Source of the DNA: Anaerolineales bacterium
Lineage (GTDB): Bacteria > Chloroflexota > Anaerolineae > Anaerolineales > Villigracilaceae
DNA: 64,000 nucleotides
Direction of reading: 5' to 3'
NCBI GenBank assembly: GCA_036385495.1
Contig: DASVKG010000004.1
Span: 12,085-76,084 of the forward strand
Numbering within the stretch: position 1 is the stretch's first letter; every line of letters begins with the position of its first letter. The position numbers and the translations under genes are program-made. Positions 9,146 to 16,468 of the stretch are shown piece by piece. The notes under the pieces were generated by a model. It had not been told where the DNA came from, searched no databases, and was given only the letters and a program-made list of their open reading frames with translations.

Positions 9146-10383
9146 GGGAGAGTATCGCTCCAGATGCGCGGAGGACGAACAGCCCACCAGCGCATCCAAT
9201 AAAGACCCACCACGAGCAAAACGGGGAATCCAAGCACCAGCACATCGGAAAGGGCTGCAAAGGAACCAGCAAGGAACAAGCTGGCAGTGATAAGCCAAAA
9301 CCCTAATATGATAATTATGAGAGCAAATCCCGCTAAACTCCAACGGCCAGAGCGGGACCAGCGTTCAGCCAAAATGGACAGGAAAAGAATCAGGGGGAAG
9401 AACAGCAACGCGTAGGTTTGGAGAATGACCGGGATACCCAAGAGCGGTGTGACCGCAAGAGTCATACTGGAAGTCCATAGAAAGTGACGAAAATCCTTGT
9501 GACGAACATCACGCCACTCGATGAAAAGAACCACAAACAAGAGGCCGGTCAACGCCCAGCCAAGGCGGGGACCCACCACCGGCCACCAGGACGCAAAAAT
9601 GCCACCAGGTGTAAGGGCTGGTTGGAATTTTATATGGGAAATCAATCCACCAATGAATGGTATAAACCAGTTTGATAAAATGAAGAACGATACAGCCAGA
9701 AGAATAGTGATGGTCATCAGAAAACCTGCAACAATACGACCGCGATGATGATAGACGGCCCACCAAATGATAATAAGTACCAGGAGAACAGAAACATCCA
9801 GCTGGAAAAATGGAACTACCAACAAAGCCCCAGCAAACTCGTCGCGCCCATCACGAATTGCGATCAAGAGAGCGACAATAGCCAGAGCGGAAAATATGAC
9901 CGCATTACCGCTTACCAAAGGGAGGAGCCCATAGACCCATAGTATCGAAAAGGTCAGCAATAACCACAATATGGCACGGGGCGGTTTCCAGCCGGTCAAC
10001 CTCAGGGAATAGATTGCCAAGGCAACCAGCGCAATTTCGAGGCAGGTCATCCAAAGACCCCGGGCGAGGGCATAATCCGAAACCAAGGCAAAGGGAAAAT
10101 AGATTAGTTCGACCGGGAAGGGGACGCTCAGCCGAAGCGGGTCCTGACCTGTGGTGGCAAGGCGACCATAATAGAGTACCTGGGCGCGCTGTGCAGCAGG
10201 TTCGCTGTAGGGACTATTGCCATACTGAAGCAAGGTGCCCGCCGCCAACCAAGGGACGAAAAAATCCTTCTCGCCAAGGTGAAGTCGGGCATAACGCGTG
10301 TTGGCCCAAGACAAACCGCCAATGATAGCGAGGACGAGGAATATGAGTGTGATCGTGGTGATGATATTGAGGGTGCGGGACAT
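9142..10383 (-). CDS. Polytopic membrane protein, DUF2029/GT87-like glycosyltransferase candidate
   Basis: 413 aa with more than 10 TM helices. It is the first gene of the four-gene membrane operon. The family call is from general resemblance only. Confidence 0.45.
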   Translation of the reverse strand: MSRTLNIITTITLIFLVLAIIGGLSWANTRYARLHLGEKDFFVPWLAAGTLLQYGNSPYSEPAAQRAQVLYYGRLATTGQDPLRLSVPFPVELIYFPFALVSDYALARGLWMTCLEIALVALAIYSLRLTGWKPPRAILWLLLTFSILWVYGLLPLVSGNAVIFSALAIVALLIAIRDGRDEFAGALLVVPFFQLDVSVLLVLIIIWWAVYHHRGRIVAGFLMTITILLAVSFFILSNWFIPFIGGLISHIKFQPALTPGGIFASWWPVVGPRLGWALTGLLFVVLFIEWRDVRHKDFRHFLWTSSMTLAVTPLLGIPVILQTYALLFFPLILFLSILAERWSRSGRWSLAGFALIIIILGFWLITASLFLAGSFAALSDVLVLGFPVLLVVGLYWMRWWAVRPPRIWSDTLP

Positions 10384-10392
10384 TTCGAGGGA

Positions 10393-10421
10393 ATTCTACC
10401 TTACAATCAACCCGTGGACAA
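10393..10421 (-). promoter_or_regulatory. Candidate promoter of the GT-C operon (near-leaderless)
   Basis: Minus strand reads TTGTCC (10421-10416), a 17-nt spacer, then TAGAAT (10398-10393). The -10 box ends 9 nt before ATG 10383 and there is no SD. Confidence 0.35.
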
Positions 10422-10646
10422 TCGATGAATTTCAATTTAAAAATTATCCAACAGAGATACATGTTAAGCAATTTTAATTTAGATTATGTGACGAATACAA
10501 CATTTAAAGCAATGGTAACGCCAGGATTATTTAGTCCATCTTTCCCTAACACGGATGGTTTGTTTCCAGCGTTACTCCCATAAAGGAAATTTGAAGAATT
10601 CCGGAGCTTTTGCATGCTAATAAATATATCCAAATAAGCAAGATTA

Positions 10647-10664
10647 ATTTGTCAATTGACAAAT
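10647..10664. promoter_or_regulatory. Perfect 18-bp palindrome ATTTGTCAATTGACAAAT (candidate dimeric regulator site)
   Basis: Exact inverted repeat read directly from the sequence. It lies in the AT-rich, ORF-free divergent region between the GT-C operon and asnA. Confidence 0.3.
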
Positions 10665-10978
10665 CGTTTAAAGATTGGAGACCTTACACACACCACACCA
10701 ATCCAGGACACAAAATTATCATGGACCATTCCCTCTCTTCCGACTCTTATTGCAGAAGGTTGGATTAAAGGTGCAAAAAAAGGAGAAACCGGAGAAATGG
10801 AATTCAGATTTCTGAATTATTCATCAACAGCCCTTGGTTATTCTTGAAGTCCAAGCAAGTGCGAGCCATAAGACCAGTCTTCCAAAAGAATATAATTACG
10901 GAGTATTTTGTTATTTTTAATTACACGTTTCAACCTTCGGATCAGTTTATGCTATAATACCGCCCATCTGAGGCAAGA

Positions 10979-11059
10979 ATGACTATTATTCGCTTCGCCA
11001 CCAATAATAACAATAACGATAATCGGCCTCCGGCCGCTGGGCGAAGCTTGCCAGGATAG
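10979..11059 (+). CDS. Leader peptide MTIIRFATNNNNNDNRPPAAGRSLPG (26 aa)
   Basis: ATG lies 5 nt after GAGG. Codons 9-15 are AAT AAT AAC AAT AAC GAT AAT (11003-11023). The TAG stop at 11057-11059 lies 10 nt after segment 2. Confidence 0.65.
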   Translation: MTIIRFATNNNNNDNRPPAAGRSLPG

Positions 11060-11079
11060 AGAACTCTCGATCCTTCCTT

Positions 11080-11113
11080 ATCGCCCAACGCAATCGCGGA
11101 GGGCGATTTTTAT
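11080..11113 (+). terminator. Attenuator terminator (copy A)
   Basis: TCGCCC..CGC / GCG..GGGCGA stem (6+3 bp with a 2x2 internal loop and AATC loop), followed by TTTTTATT. asnA SD and ATG follow within 30 nt. Confidence 0.7.
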
Positions 11114-11140
11114 TACCCATATTCCAAAAAAGGAGACCCA

Positions 11141-12178
11141 ATGAAAAAACTACTTATTCCATCCGATTACGAACCGCACCTTGATGTGAAACAAACGGAA
11201 CAAGCCATCAAGTTGATCAAGGATTTCTTTGAAGTCAACCTGGCCGCAGAACTACGATTGAGCCGAGTGACCGCACCTTTGTTCGTCCTGCGAGGGACCG
11301 GTATCAACGACGATCTGAACGGAGTCGAAAAACCGGTCTCCTTCCCCATCGTCGATATCAAAGGACAGACAGCCGAGATCGTCCAATCCCTCGCCAAGTG
11401 GAAGCGAATGATGCTGGCTGACTACGGCATCCAGCACGGATACGGTCTCTACACTGATATGAATGCCATCCGCCCGAGTGAAAATCTGGATAACCTTCAT
11501 TCAATTTACGTAGATCAATGGGACTGGGAAAGGGTTATCAGCCCTGGAGAAAGAACCATCTCGTTTTTGGAAGAAATCGTGCGTAAGATTTACGCGGTCA
11601 TCAAACGCACTGAATTCCATCTTTCAGATCATTACATGTTCATCAAGCCTGAATTGCCGGATGAGATCACGTTTATCCACTCGGAGGACCTGCAACGAAA
11701 ATACCCCGATCTGACTCCCAGACAGCGTGAGGAAGAAATCGTCCGCCAACATCGAGCCGTGTTTATCATCGGAATCGGTGCCGCCCTGGCTGATGGAATC
11801 CCTCATGACGGCAGGGCACCTGACTATGACGATTGGATCACAGAAACTAAAAATGGTTTGCGAGGTCTAAACGGCGATATTATCATATGGAACAATGTGC
11901 TGAATTGTTCCTATGAGCTTTCATCCATGGGAATACGCGTAGATGGGGAAGCATTGCTACGGCAATTGGAGGTTACCGGAACCATGGAACGAAAGGAGTT
12001 GCTTTTTCACCGCCGTCTGCTAAACAACGAACTACCACTTTCGATCGGCGGCGGGGTTGGTCAATCGCGGCTGTGCATGTATTTCCTTCGAAAGGCCCAT
12101 ATCGGTGAGGTCCAAGTGGGCATCTGGCCCGCAGAGATGATGGAAGAATGCCGAGCAAACAACATTTTCCTTTTGTAA
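11141..12178 (+). CDS. asnA: Aspartate--ammonia ligase (asparagine synthetase A)
   Basis: 345 aa with AsnA hallmarks: VDQWDWERVI, SSMGIRVD, GGGVGQSRLCMYFL. SD AAGGAGA lies upstream of the ATG. Confidence 0.9.
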   Translation: MKKLLIPSDYEPHLDVKQTEQAIKLIKDFFEVNLAAELRLSRVTAPLFVLRGTGINDDLNGVEKPVSFPIVDIKGQTAEIVQSLAKWKRMMLADYGIQHGYGLYTDMNAIRPSENLDNLHSIYVDQWDWERVISPGERTISFLEEIVRKIYAVIKRTEFHLSDHYMFIKPELPDEITFIHSEDLQRKYPDLTPRQREEEIVRQHRAVFIIGIGAALADGIPHDGRAPDYDDWITETKNGLRGLNGDIIIWNNVLNCSYELSSMGIRVDGEALLRQLEVTGTMERKELLFHRRLLNNELPLSIGGGVGQSRLCMYFLRKAHIGEVQVGIWPAEMMEECRANNIFLL

Positions 12179-12223
12179 ACCTGTAGATAATATGTGCTAT
12201 AATACCGCCAACCTGAGGCAAGA

Positions 12224-12304
12224 ATGATAGCAATCCGCTTCGCCAACAATATTAACGATAAGGATAATCGGCCTCCGGCGGTTGGGCGAAGCTTGCAAGG
12301 ATAA
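12224..12304 (+). CDS. Leader peptide MIAIRFANNINDKDNRPPAVGRSLQG (26 aa)
   Basis: Same length and frame logic as copy A. Codons 8-15 are AAC AAT ATT AAC GAT AAG GAT AAT (12245-12268). TAA stop at 12302-12304. Confidence 0.65.
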   Translation: MIAIRFANNINDKDNRPPAVGRSLQG

Positions 12305-12326
12305 GGACCATTCGGAAACCTACTCG

Positions 12327-12360
12327 TCGCCCAACGCCATTGCGGAGGGCGATTTGTTTT
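12327..12360 (+). terminator. Attenuator terminator (copy B)
   Basis: Same stem as copy A with a different loop (CATT), followed by TTTGTTTT. aspS SD GGAGG follows at 12367-12371. Confidence 0.7.
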
Positions 12361-12376
12361 GTAATTGGAGGCTTTC

Positions 12377-14143
12377 ATGTATAAAACTCATACTTGCGGC
12401 GAACTACGCGCCAGCCACGCCGGGCAGACCGTCACCGTGGCTGGATGGGTGCACAACTTCCGCACGTTTGGCGGAGTAGTCTTTTTGGTATTACGCGATC
12501 GTTTTGGCATCACCCAAATTGTTACCAACCCGGATAAATTCCCAGAAGCGGCCAAAGCAATTGAGGGGTTGAAAAACGAATGGGTTGTGCAGGTTGCCGG
12601 CAGCGTACGGATGCGCCCGTCGGACCAGTTTAACCCAAAGATGCCCACCGGTGAAATCGAGGTGGAGGCGCATGAAGTGACTGTTTTGAATGAGGCTAAA
12701 ACCCTGCCATTCGTAGTCAGCCGGGATGACGAGGAAATCGACGAGAACCTGAGGCTTAAATACCGCTACCTTGACTTAAGGCGTGAACGCATGAAGCGCA
12801 ACCTCATCCTTCGCCACGAGGTGGTGTTGTTCATGCGAAAGTATTTATCGGAACGCGGATTCATCGAGGTGGAGACACCCATGATGTTCAAGACCACTCC
12901 AGAGGGAGCGCGCGACTATCTTGTACCGTCGCGTGTCTACCCCGGGCAGTTCTACGCATTACCTCAAAGCCCCCAGCAACTTAAGCAACTATTGATGGTG
13001 GCAGGGATCGAGCGATATTTCCAAATCGCGCGCTGCTTCCGTGACGAAGACTCACGTGGAGACCGCCAACCTGAATTCACGCAACTCGACCTGGAAATGT
13101 CGTTCGTCCATCGCGATGATGTTCTAAATATGGTGGAAGGTTTGATCACCGCCATGCTTCCAGAAGTGGCTCCACAAAAGAAATTTTTGGCCTCGCCCTG
13201 GCCTCGCCTGACTTACAATGAGTCCGTGGAACGTTTTGGCACCGATAAACCCGACCTGCGCTTTGGAATGGAGCTTTATAACGCCAATGCTATCTTTGGG
13301 AAAAGCGAATTCGTCGTTTTCATTTCAGCACTGGAAACCGGCTGTATCATTAAATGCATTGTGGCTCCAAGCTGTGCAGGGTATACTCGCAAGCAACTCG
13401 ACGACCTGACGACGGCTGCCAAAGAACTGGGGGCAAAGGGACTGATAACTCTAGCGTTGACGACTGAGGGTGCGAAGGGGTCCGGAGCCAAATTTATCAG
13501 CGAGAAAGAAATCTCAGCCTTGACCCGATTAACCGGTGCAACCACCGGAGACCTGATCCTGTTCATCGCAGACAGCCCAAAGATAGTCCACAAAGTGCTA
13601 GGTGTATTGCGCAACAGGTTCCGTGACGCCCTGAAACTTGCCGATCCGGACGTGATGGCCTTTGCCTTCGTGCTGGATTTCCCGATGTTTGAGTGGAACG
13701 AAGAGTTCAAGAAATGGGACGCCTCACACCACCCATTCACCATGCCGCGCCTGGAGCACCTTGACCGGTTCGAAACTGATCCATCCACAATTCTTTCGGA
13801 GGCGTACGATATGGTCTGCAATGGCTACGAAATGGCCTCCGGATCAATCCGAATTCACCGGCGTGACATCCAGTCGAAAGTATTCAACCTGCTCGGAATA
13901 GAAGATGAGGAAGCTCAGTTCAAGTTCGGGCACATGCTGGAAGCTTTCGAGTACGGTGCACCGCCACATGGCGGGATTGCTCCCGGCATTGACCGGCTGG
14001 TAATGCTGCTGGCTGATGAACCCAACATCCGAGAAGTAATCGCCTTTCCAAAGAACCAGGCTGCCCGCGACGTGATGGCAAATGCCCCGTCATACCCGGA
14101 CGAGAGACAATTGAAGGAATTGCATCTAAAAATAACCGAGTAG
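12377..14143 (+). CDS. aspS: Aspartate--tRNA ligase (bacterial type)
   Basis: [11 protein letters not shown]... with an OB-fold N-terminus, class II motifs ([28 protein letters not shown]) and the GAD insertion. Start moved to ATG 12377, 5 nt after GGAGG; the track start at 12365 is a TTG. Confidence 0.92.
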   Translation: MYKTHTCGELRASHAGQTVTVAGWVHNFRTFGGVVFLVLRDRFGITQIVTNPDKFPEAAKAIEGLKNEWVVQVAGSVRMRPSDQFNPKMPTGEIEVEAHEVTVLNEAKTLPFVVSRDDEEIDENLRLKYRYLDLRRERMKRNLILRHEVVLFMRKYLSERGFIEVETPMMFKTTPEGARDYLVPSRVYPGQFYALPQSPQQLKQLLMVAGIERYFQIARCFRDEDSRGDRQPEFTQLDLEMSFVHRDDVLNMVEGLITAMLPEVAPQKKFLASPWPRLTYNESVERFGTDKPDLRFGMELYNANAIFGKSEFVVFISALETGCIIKCIVAPSCAGYTRKQLDDLTTAAKELGAKGLITLALTTEGAKGSGAKFISEKEISALTRLTGATTGDLILFIADSPKIVHKVLGVLRNRFRDALKLADPDVMAFAFVLDFPMFEWNEEFKKWDASHHPFTMPRLEHLDRFETDPSTILSEAYDMVCNGYEMASGSIRIHRRDIQSKVFNLLGIEDEEAQFKFGHMLEAFEYGAPPHGGIAPGIDRLVMLLADEPNIREVIAFPKNQAARDVMANAPSYPDERQLKELHLKITE

Positions 14144-14182
14144 GGAAAGAGGATTTCCCTCCTGCCATCCATGGAGACACAT

Positions 14183-15523
14183 ATGCCCATCATTCGCGTT
14201 GAAGAAATAGCAAAATATCCCGGCGAAGAAGTTACTGTGCAGGGCTGGGTCTACAGCCGCACTGACAAAGGGAAGCTGGTTTTCCTGCTCGTCCGGGATG
14301 GCTCAGGTTTTGTCCAGTGTGTAGCTTTCAAAGGTGACCTTCCCGAGGCAATCTTCGACCAGCTAACCCGCCTGCCGCAGGAATCCTCGGTCATTATCAG
14401 CGGACCAGTACGCGAAGACAAGCGCGCTCCCGGCATCCCCGGAGGGTACGAGATCGGCGTTAAGGAAATACAAATCATCCAGATGGCTGCCGAGGATTAT
14501 CCAATGGCGTTGAAAGAGCACGGGGTGGACTTCGCCCTAGACAACCGCCACTTGTGGATCCGCATGCCCAGCCAGTGGGCCATCCTGCGCATTCGCGGGA
14601 CGGTCATTTCGGCTATCCGTGAGTGGTTCGAACAGAACGGGTTTATCAATATGGACACGCCCATCCTGACTCCGGCAGCTGTAGAAGGCACCACTACTCT
14701 TTTCGAGACGGAATATTTCGACGAAGGTAAAGCCTACCTTAGCCAATCGGGCCAGCTTTATAACGAGGCGAATATCATGGCCTTTGGAAAGGTTTACTGC
14801 TTTGGCCCGACCTTTCGCGCCGAAAAATCCAAAACTCGCCGTCACCTGACCGAGTTTTGGATGGTCGAACCAGAGATCGCCTTCTGCGATCTGGATGGTT
14901 TAATGGAGGTGGAGGAGCAGTTCGTGACGCATATTGTCAAACGCGTCCTACGAGATCGGGGGCCTGAGTTGAAATCTCTGGGCCGTGACCTGACGAAGCT
15001 GGAAAAAATAGAGGTTCCCTTCCCGCGCATCTCCTACGACGAGGCTACCAAAGCCATCCAGGAGCTTTATGAAAAGGAAACTGACCCGGAAAAAAAAGAG
15101 ATGCTAAAATTCGAATGGGGCATGGACTTCGGGGCACCCCACGAGGCAGTCCTGACCAGCCGTTACGAGAAACCTGTCTTTGTCTACGGTTACCCTACTC
15201 AGGTGAAGGCTTTCTACATGGAACCTTGGCCAGGGCGTCCCGAGGTTTGCAAGTCAGTGGACTTGCTTGCACCGGAAGGATACGGAGAAATCATAGGTGG
15301 TTCGGAGCGCATGTCCAGTCCCGACTTGCTGCTGGAGCGCATCCACGAACACGGATTGCCGGAAGCAGCCTACAAATGGTACCTGGACCTGCGGCGTTAT
15401 GGCTCGGTCCCTCACTCCGGCTTTGGGATGGGCGTAGAGAGGACGGTAGCCTGGATCTGCGGAATCGAGCATATCCGTGAAACCATTGCCTTCCCGCGCA
15501 TGATCAAGAGAGTCTATCCGTAA
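14183..15523 (+). CDS. asnS: Asparagine--tRNA ligase
   Basis: AsnRS signature [21 protein letters not shown] and GGSERM...SGFGMGVER. Start set to ATG 14183 (GGAGA 6 nt upstream) rather than 14171. Confidence 0.9.
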   Translation: MPIIRVEEIAKYPGEEVTVQGWVYSRTDKGKLVFLLVRDGSGFVQCVAFKGDLPEAIFDQLTRLPQESSVIISGPVREDKRAPGIPGGYEIGVKEIQIIQMAAEDYPMALKEHGVDFALDNRHLWIRMPSQWAILRIRGTVISAIREWFEQNGFINMDTPILTPAAVEGTTTLFETEYFDEGKAYLSQSGQLYNEANIMAFGKVYCFGPTFRAEKSKTRRHLTEFWMVEPEIAFCDLDGLMEVEEQFVTHIVKRVLRDRGPELKSLGRDLTKLEKIEVPFPRISYDEATKAIQELYEKETDPEKKEMLKFEWGMDFGAPHEAVLTSRYEKPVFVYGYPTQVKAFYMEPWPGRPEVCKSVDLLAPEGYGEIIGGSERMSSPDLLLERIHEHGLPEAAYKWYLDLRRYGSVPHSGFGMGVERTVAWICGIEHIRETIAFPRMIKRVYP

Positions 15524-15734
15524 TATTGTCGGGGATCTGCGGTATTTAAACCACTCTCTGAACTAATCCACCCATTATTTCATCCCAAAGGTGTTTCCAT
15601 AAGAACCTTAATCTTTCCCTACACACCCCTCTTACTTTATGGTATAAAACATCTACCCTGCTGTGCTCGCGATGTTGCACCTCCGTTCTGAGCCAACACC
15701 CACAAAAAGGGGTCCAATCTCGCGACAAGGATGC

Positions 15735-16229
15735 GATAGGCTTCGGCCAAGGCTGACTTGCCGGGTAGAACCCCGACCTGCGAAAGCAGGTTCAGAACCT
15801 TGCAGCACACGGCATTAGCGGGGTTATCTTATACAACCGAATACGGAGAACCAGCGACTGGCTCCCGGGAGAACCGGGAGTACGAGGTGGAGGTTCCTCT
15901 GCGCAAGCGGAGGTTAAGACCCTTACTCCAGCCCCTTTCCTATATAGAGGATAAGGGTTGAGGTTGAAGGTCGAAAATCGGATAGATCAGCGGATGCCTC
16001 CGGAGCCTGACCACGGGTTCCCTTCTCCCTTCCAGAAAAAGCGCACAGCAACGAACAGGTTTAAAAAAACTGTGTTTGTTGTCCAGTCCCAAAACTGACC
16101 GGTGACGGTCAGGACAAAGGATAGCCGCAGTGGTCCAGGCAGAAAACCAGCCTGCGTAAACATGGAAGGGCTGCCAGCCGGAAATTTTGTGGTACCAGAG
16201 GCATGCCCCTCAGGCATGCCTTTTTATTT
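15735..16229 (+). ncRNA. Large structured RNA with glmS-ribozyme-like core motifs (candidate; the 5' boundary is uncertain)
   Basis: No credible ORF. Hairpins capped by tetraloops that read as such only on the + strand: UUCG 15739-15748, GAAA 15776-15791, GAGAA 15862-15880, GCAA 15896-15913, GUGA 16095-16112. More hairpins at 15933-15957 and 16049-16081. Motifs AGCGAC, ACGAGG-U-GGAGGUU, GUCGAAAAUCGG, GCGGAUGCCUCCGG and GGACAAAGG occur in the order I remember for the glmS ribozyme. The element ends at an intrinsic terminator. Confidence 0.5.
16199..16229 (+). terminator. Intrinsic terminator closing the structured RNA
   Basis: AGGCATGCC / GGCATGCCT 9-bp stem with a CCTCA loop, followed by TTTTATTT. 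Confidence 0.75.
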
Positions 16230-16468
16230 ATGGAGTACCCAATGAGTAATGAAAAGAATTGGTTCAAATGGCATAAAGGATTGGCACGCTCCTCATGCGA
16301 AAACGGCGTCCAGCCATGGCCGGCGCGCCCGGTTTTTAGCTTGATCCGACCTGTACCAAGACCTGTCCCAAAGTCCGGTGCTTTCCGGCATATTCCATTT
16401 GTCAATAACCAGGAATCAACCATTCAGAAATAATTAATCCAAACCCCATAATCATTTAGAGAGGAAAT

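Larger units (their letters stand above)
10950..11115 (+). promoter_or_regulatory. Leader-peptide transcription attenuator upstream of asnA (copy A)
   Basis: Extended -10 TGCTATAAT (10950-10958), SD GAGG (10970-10973) and a leader ORF. Segments: 1 GCTTCGCC 10992-10999; 2 GCTGGGCGAAGC 11036-11047; 3 TCGCCCAAC 11081-11089; 4 GGGCGA 11101-11106 plus a T-run. Pairings 1:2, 2:3 and 3:4 are mutually exclusive. Confidence 0.7.
12195..12360 (+). promoter_or_regulatory. Leader-peptide transcription attenuator upstream of aspS-asnS (copy B)
   Basis: Near-identical architecture to copy A: TGCTATAAT (12195-12203), GAGG (12215-12218). Segments: 1 GCTTCGCC 12237-12244; 2 GTTGGGCGAAGC 12281-12292; 3 TCGCCCAAC 12327-12335; 4 GGGCGA 12347-12352 plus TTTGTTTT. 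The 2:3 pairing is 9 bp perfect. Confidence 0.7.

Noticed and set aside
15735-16229. Identity of the structured RNA as RNase P RNA, tmRNA, SRP RNA or 6S RNA.
   Set aside because: It has no GGAAAGUCC (P4) motif, no tRNA-like acceptor/T-arm or CCA-proximal end, no tag reading frame, and no GGAAGCAGCC-type SRP domain IV motif. The architecture of many short capped hairpins is unlike 6S RNA.
16186-16229. T-box-like string GUGGUACC just upstream of the terminator, which might suggest a T-box riboswitch for glnA.
   Set aside because: I could not draw the T-box antiterminator (a bulge flanked by helices A1 and A2) or a Stem I with a specifier loop and GA/K-turn motifs. An 8-nt match alone is not meaningful.
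16203-16433. 76-aa ORF (or a 63-aa version from ATG 16242 with a GGAG upstream) between the RNA terminator and glnA.
   Set aside because: The sequence is Pro/Arg-rich and low in complexity with no recognisable fold. It overlaps the likely glnA promoter and leader region. I do not consider it supported.
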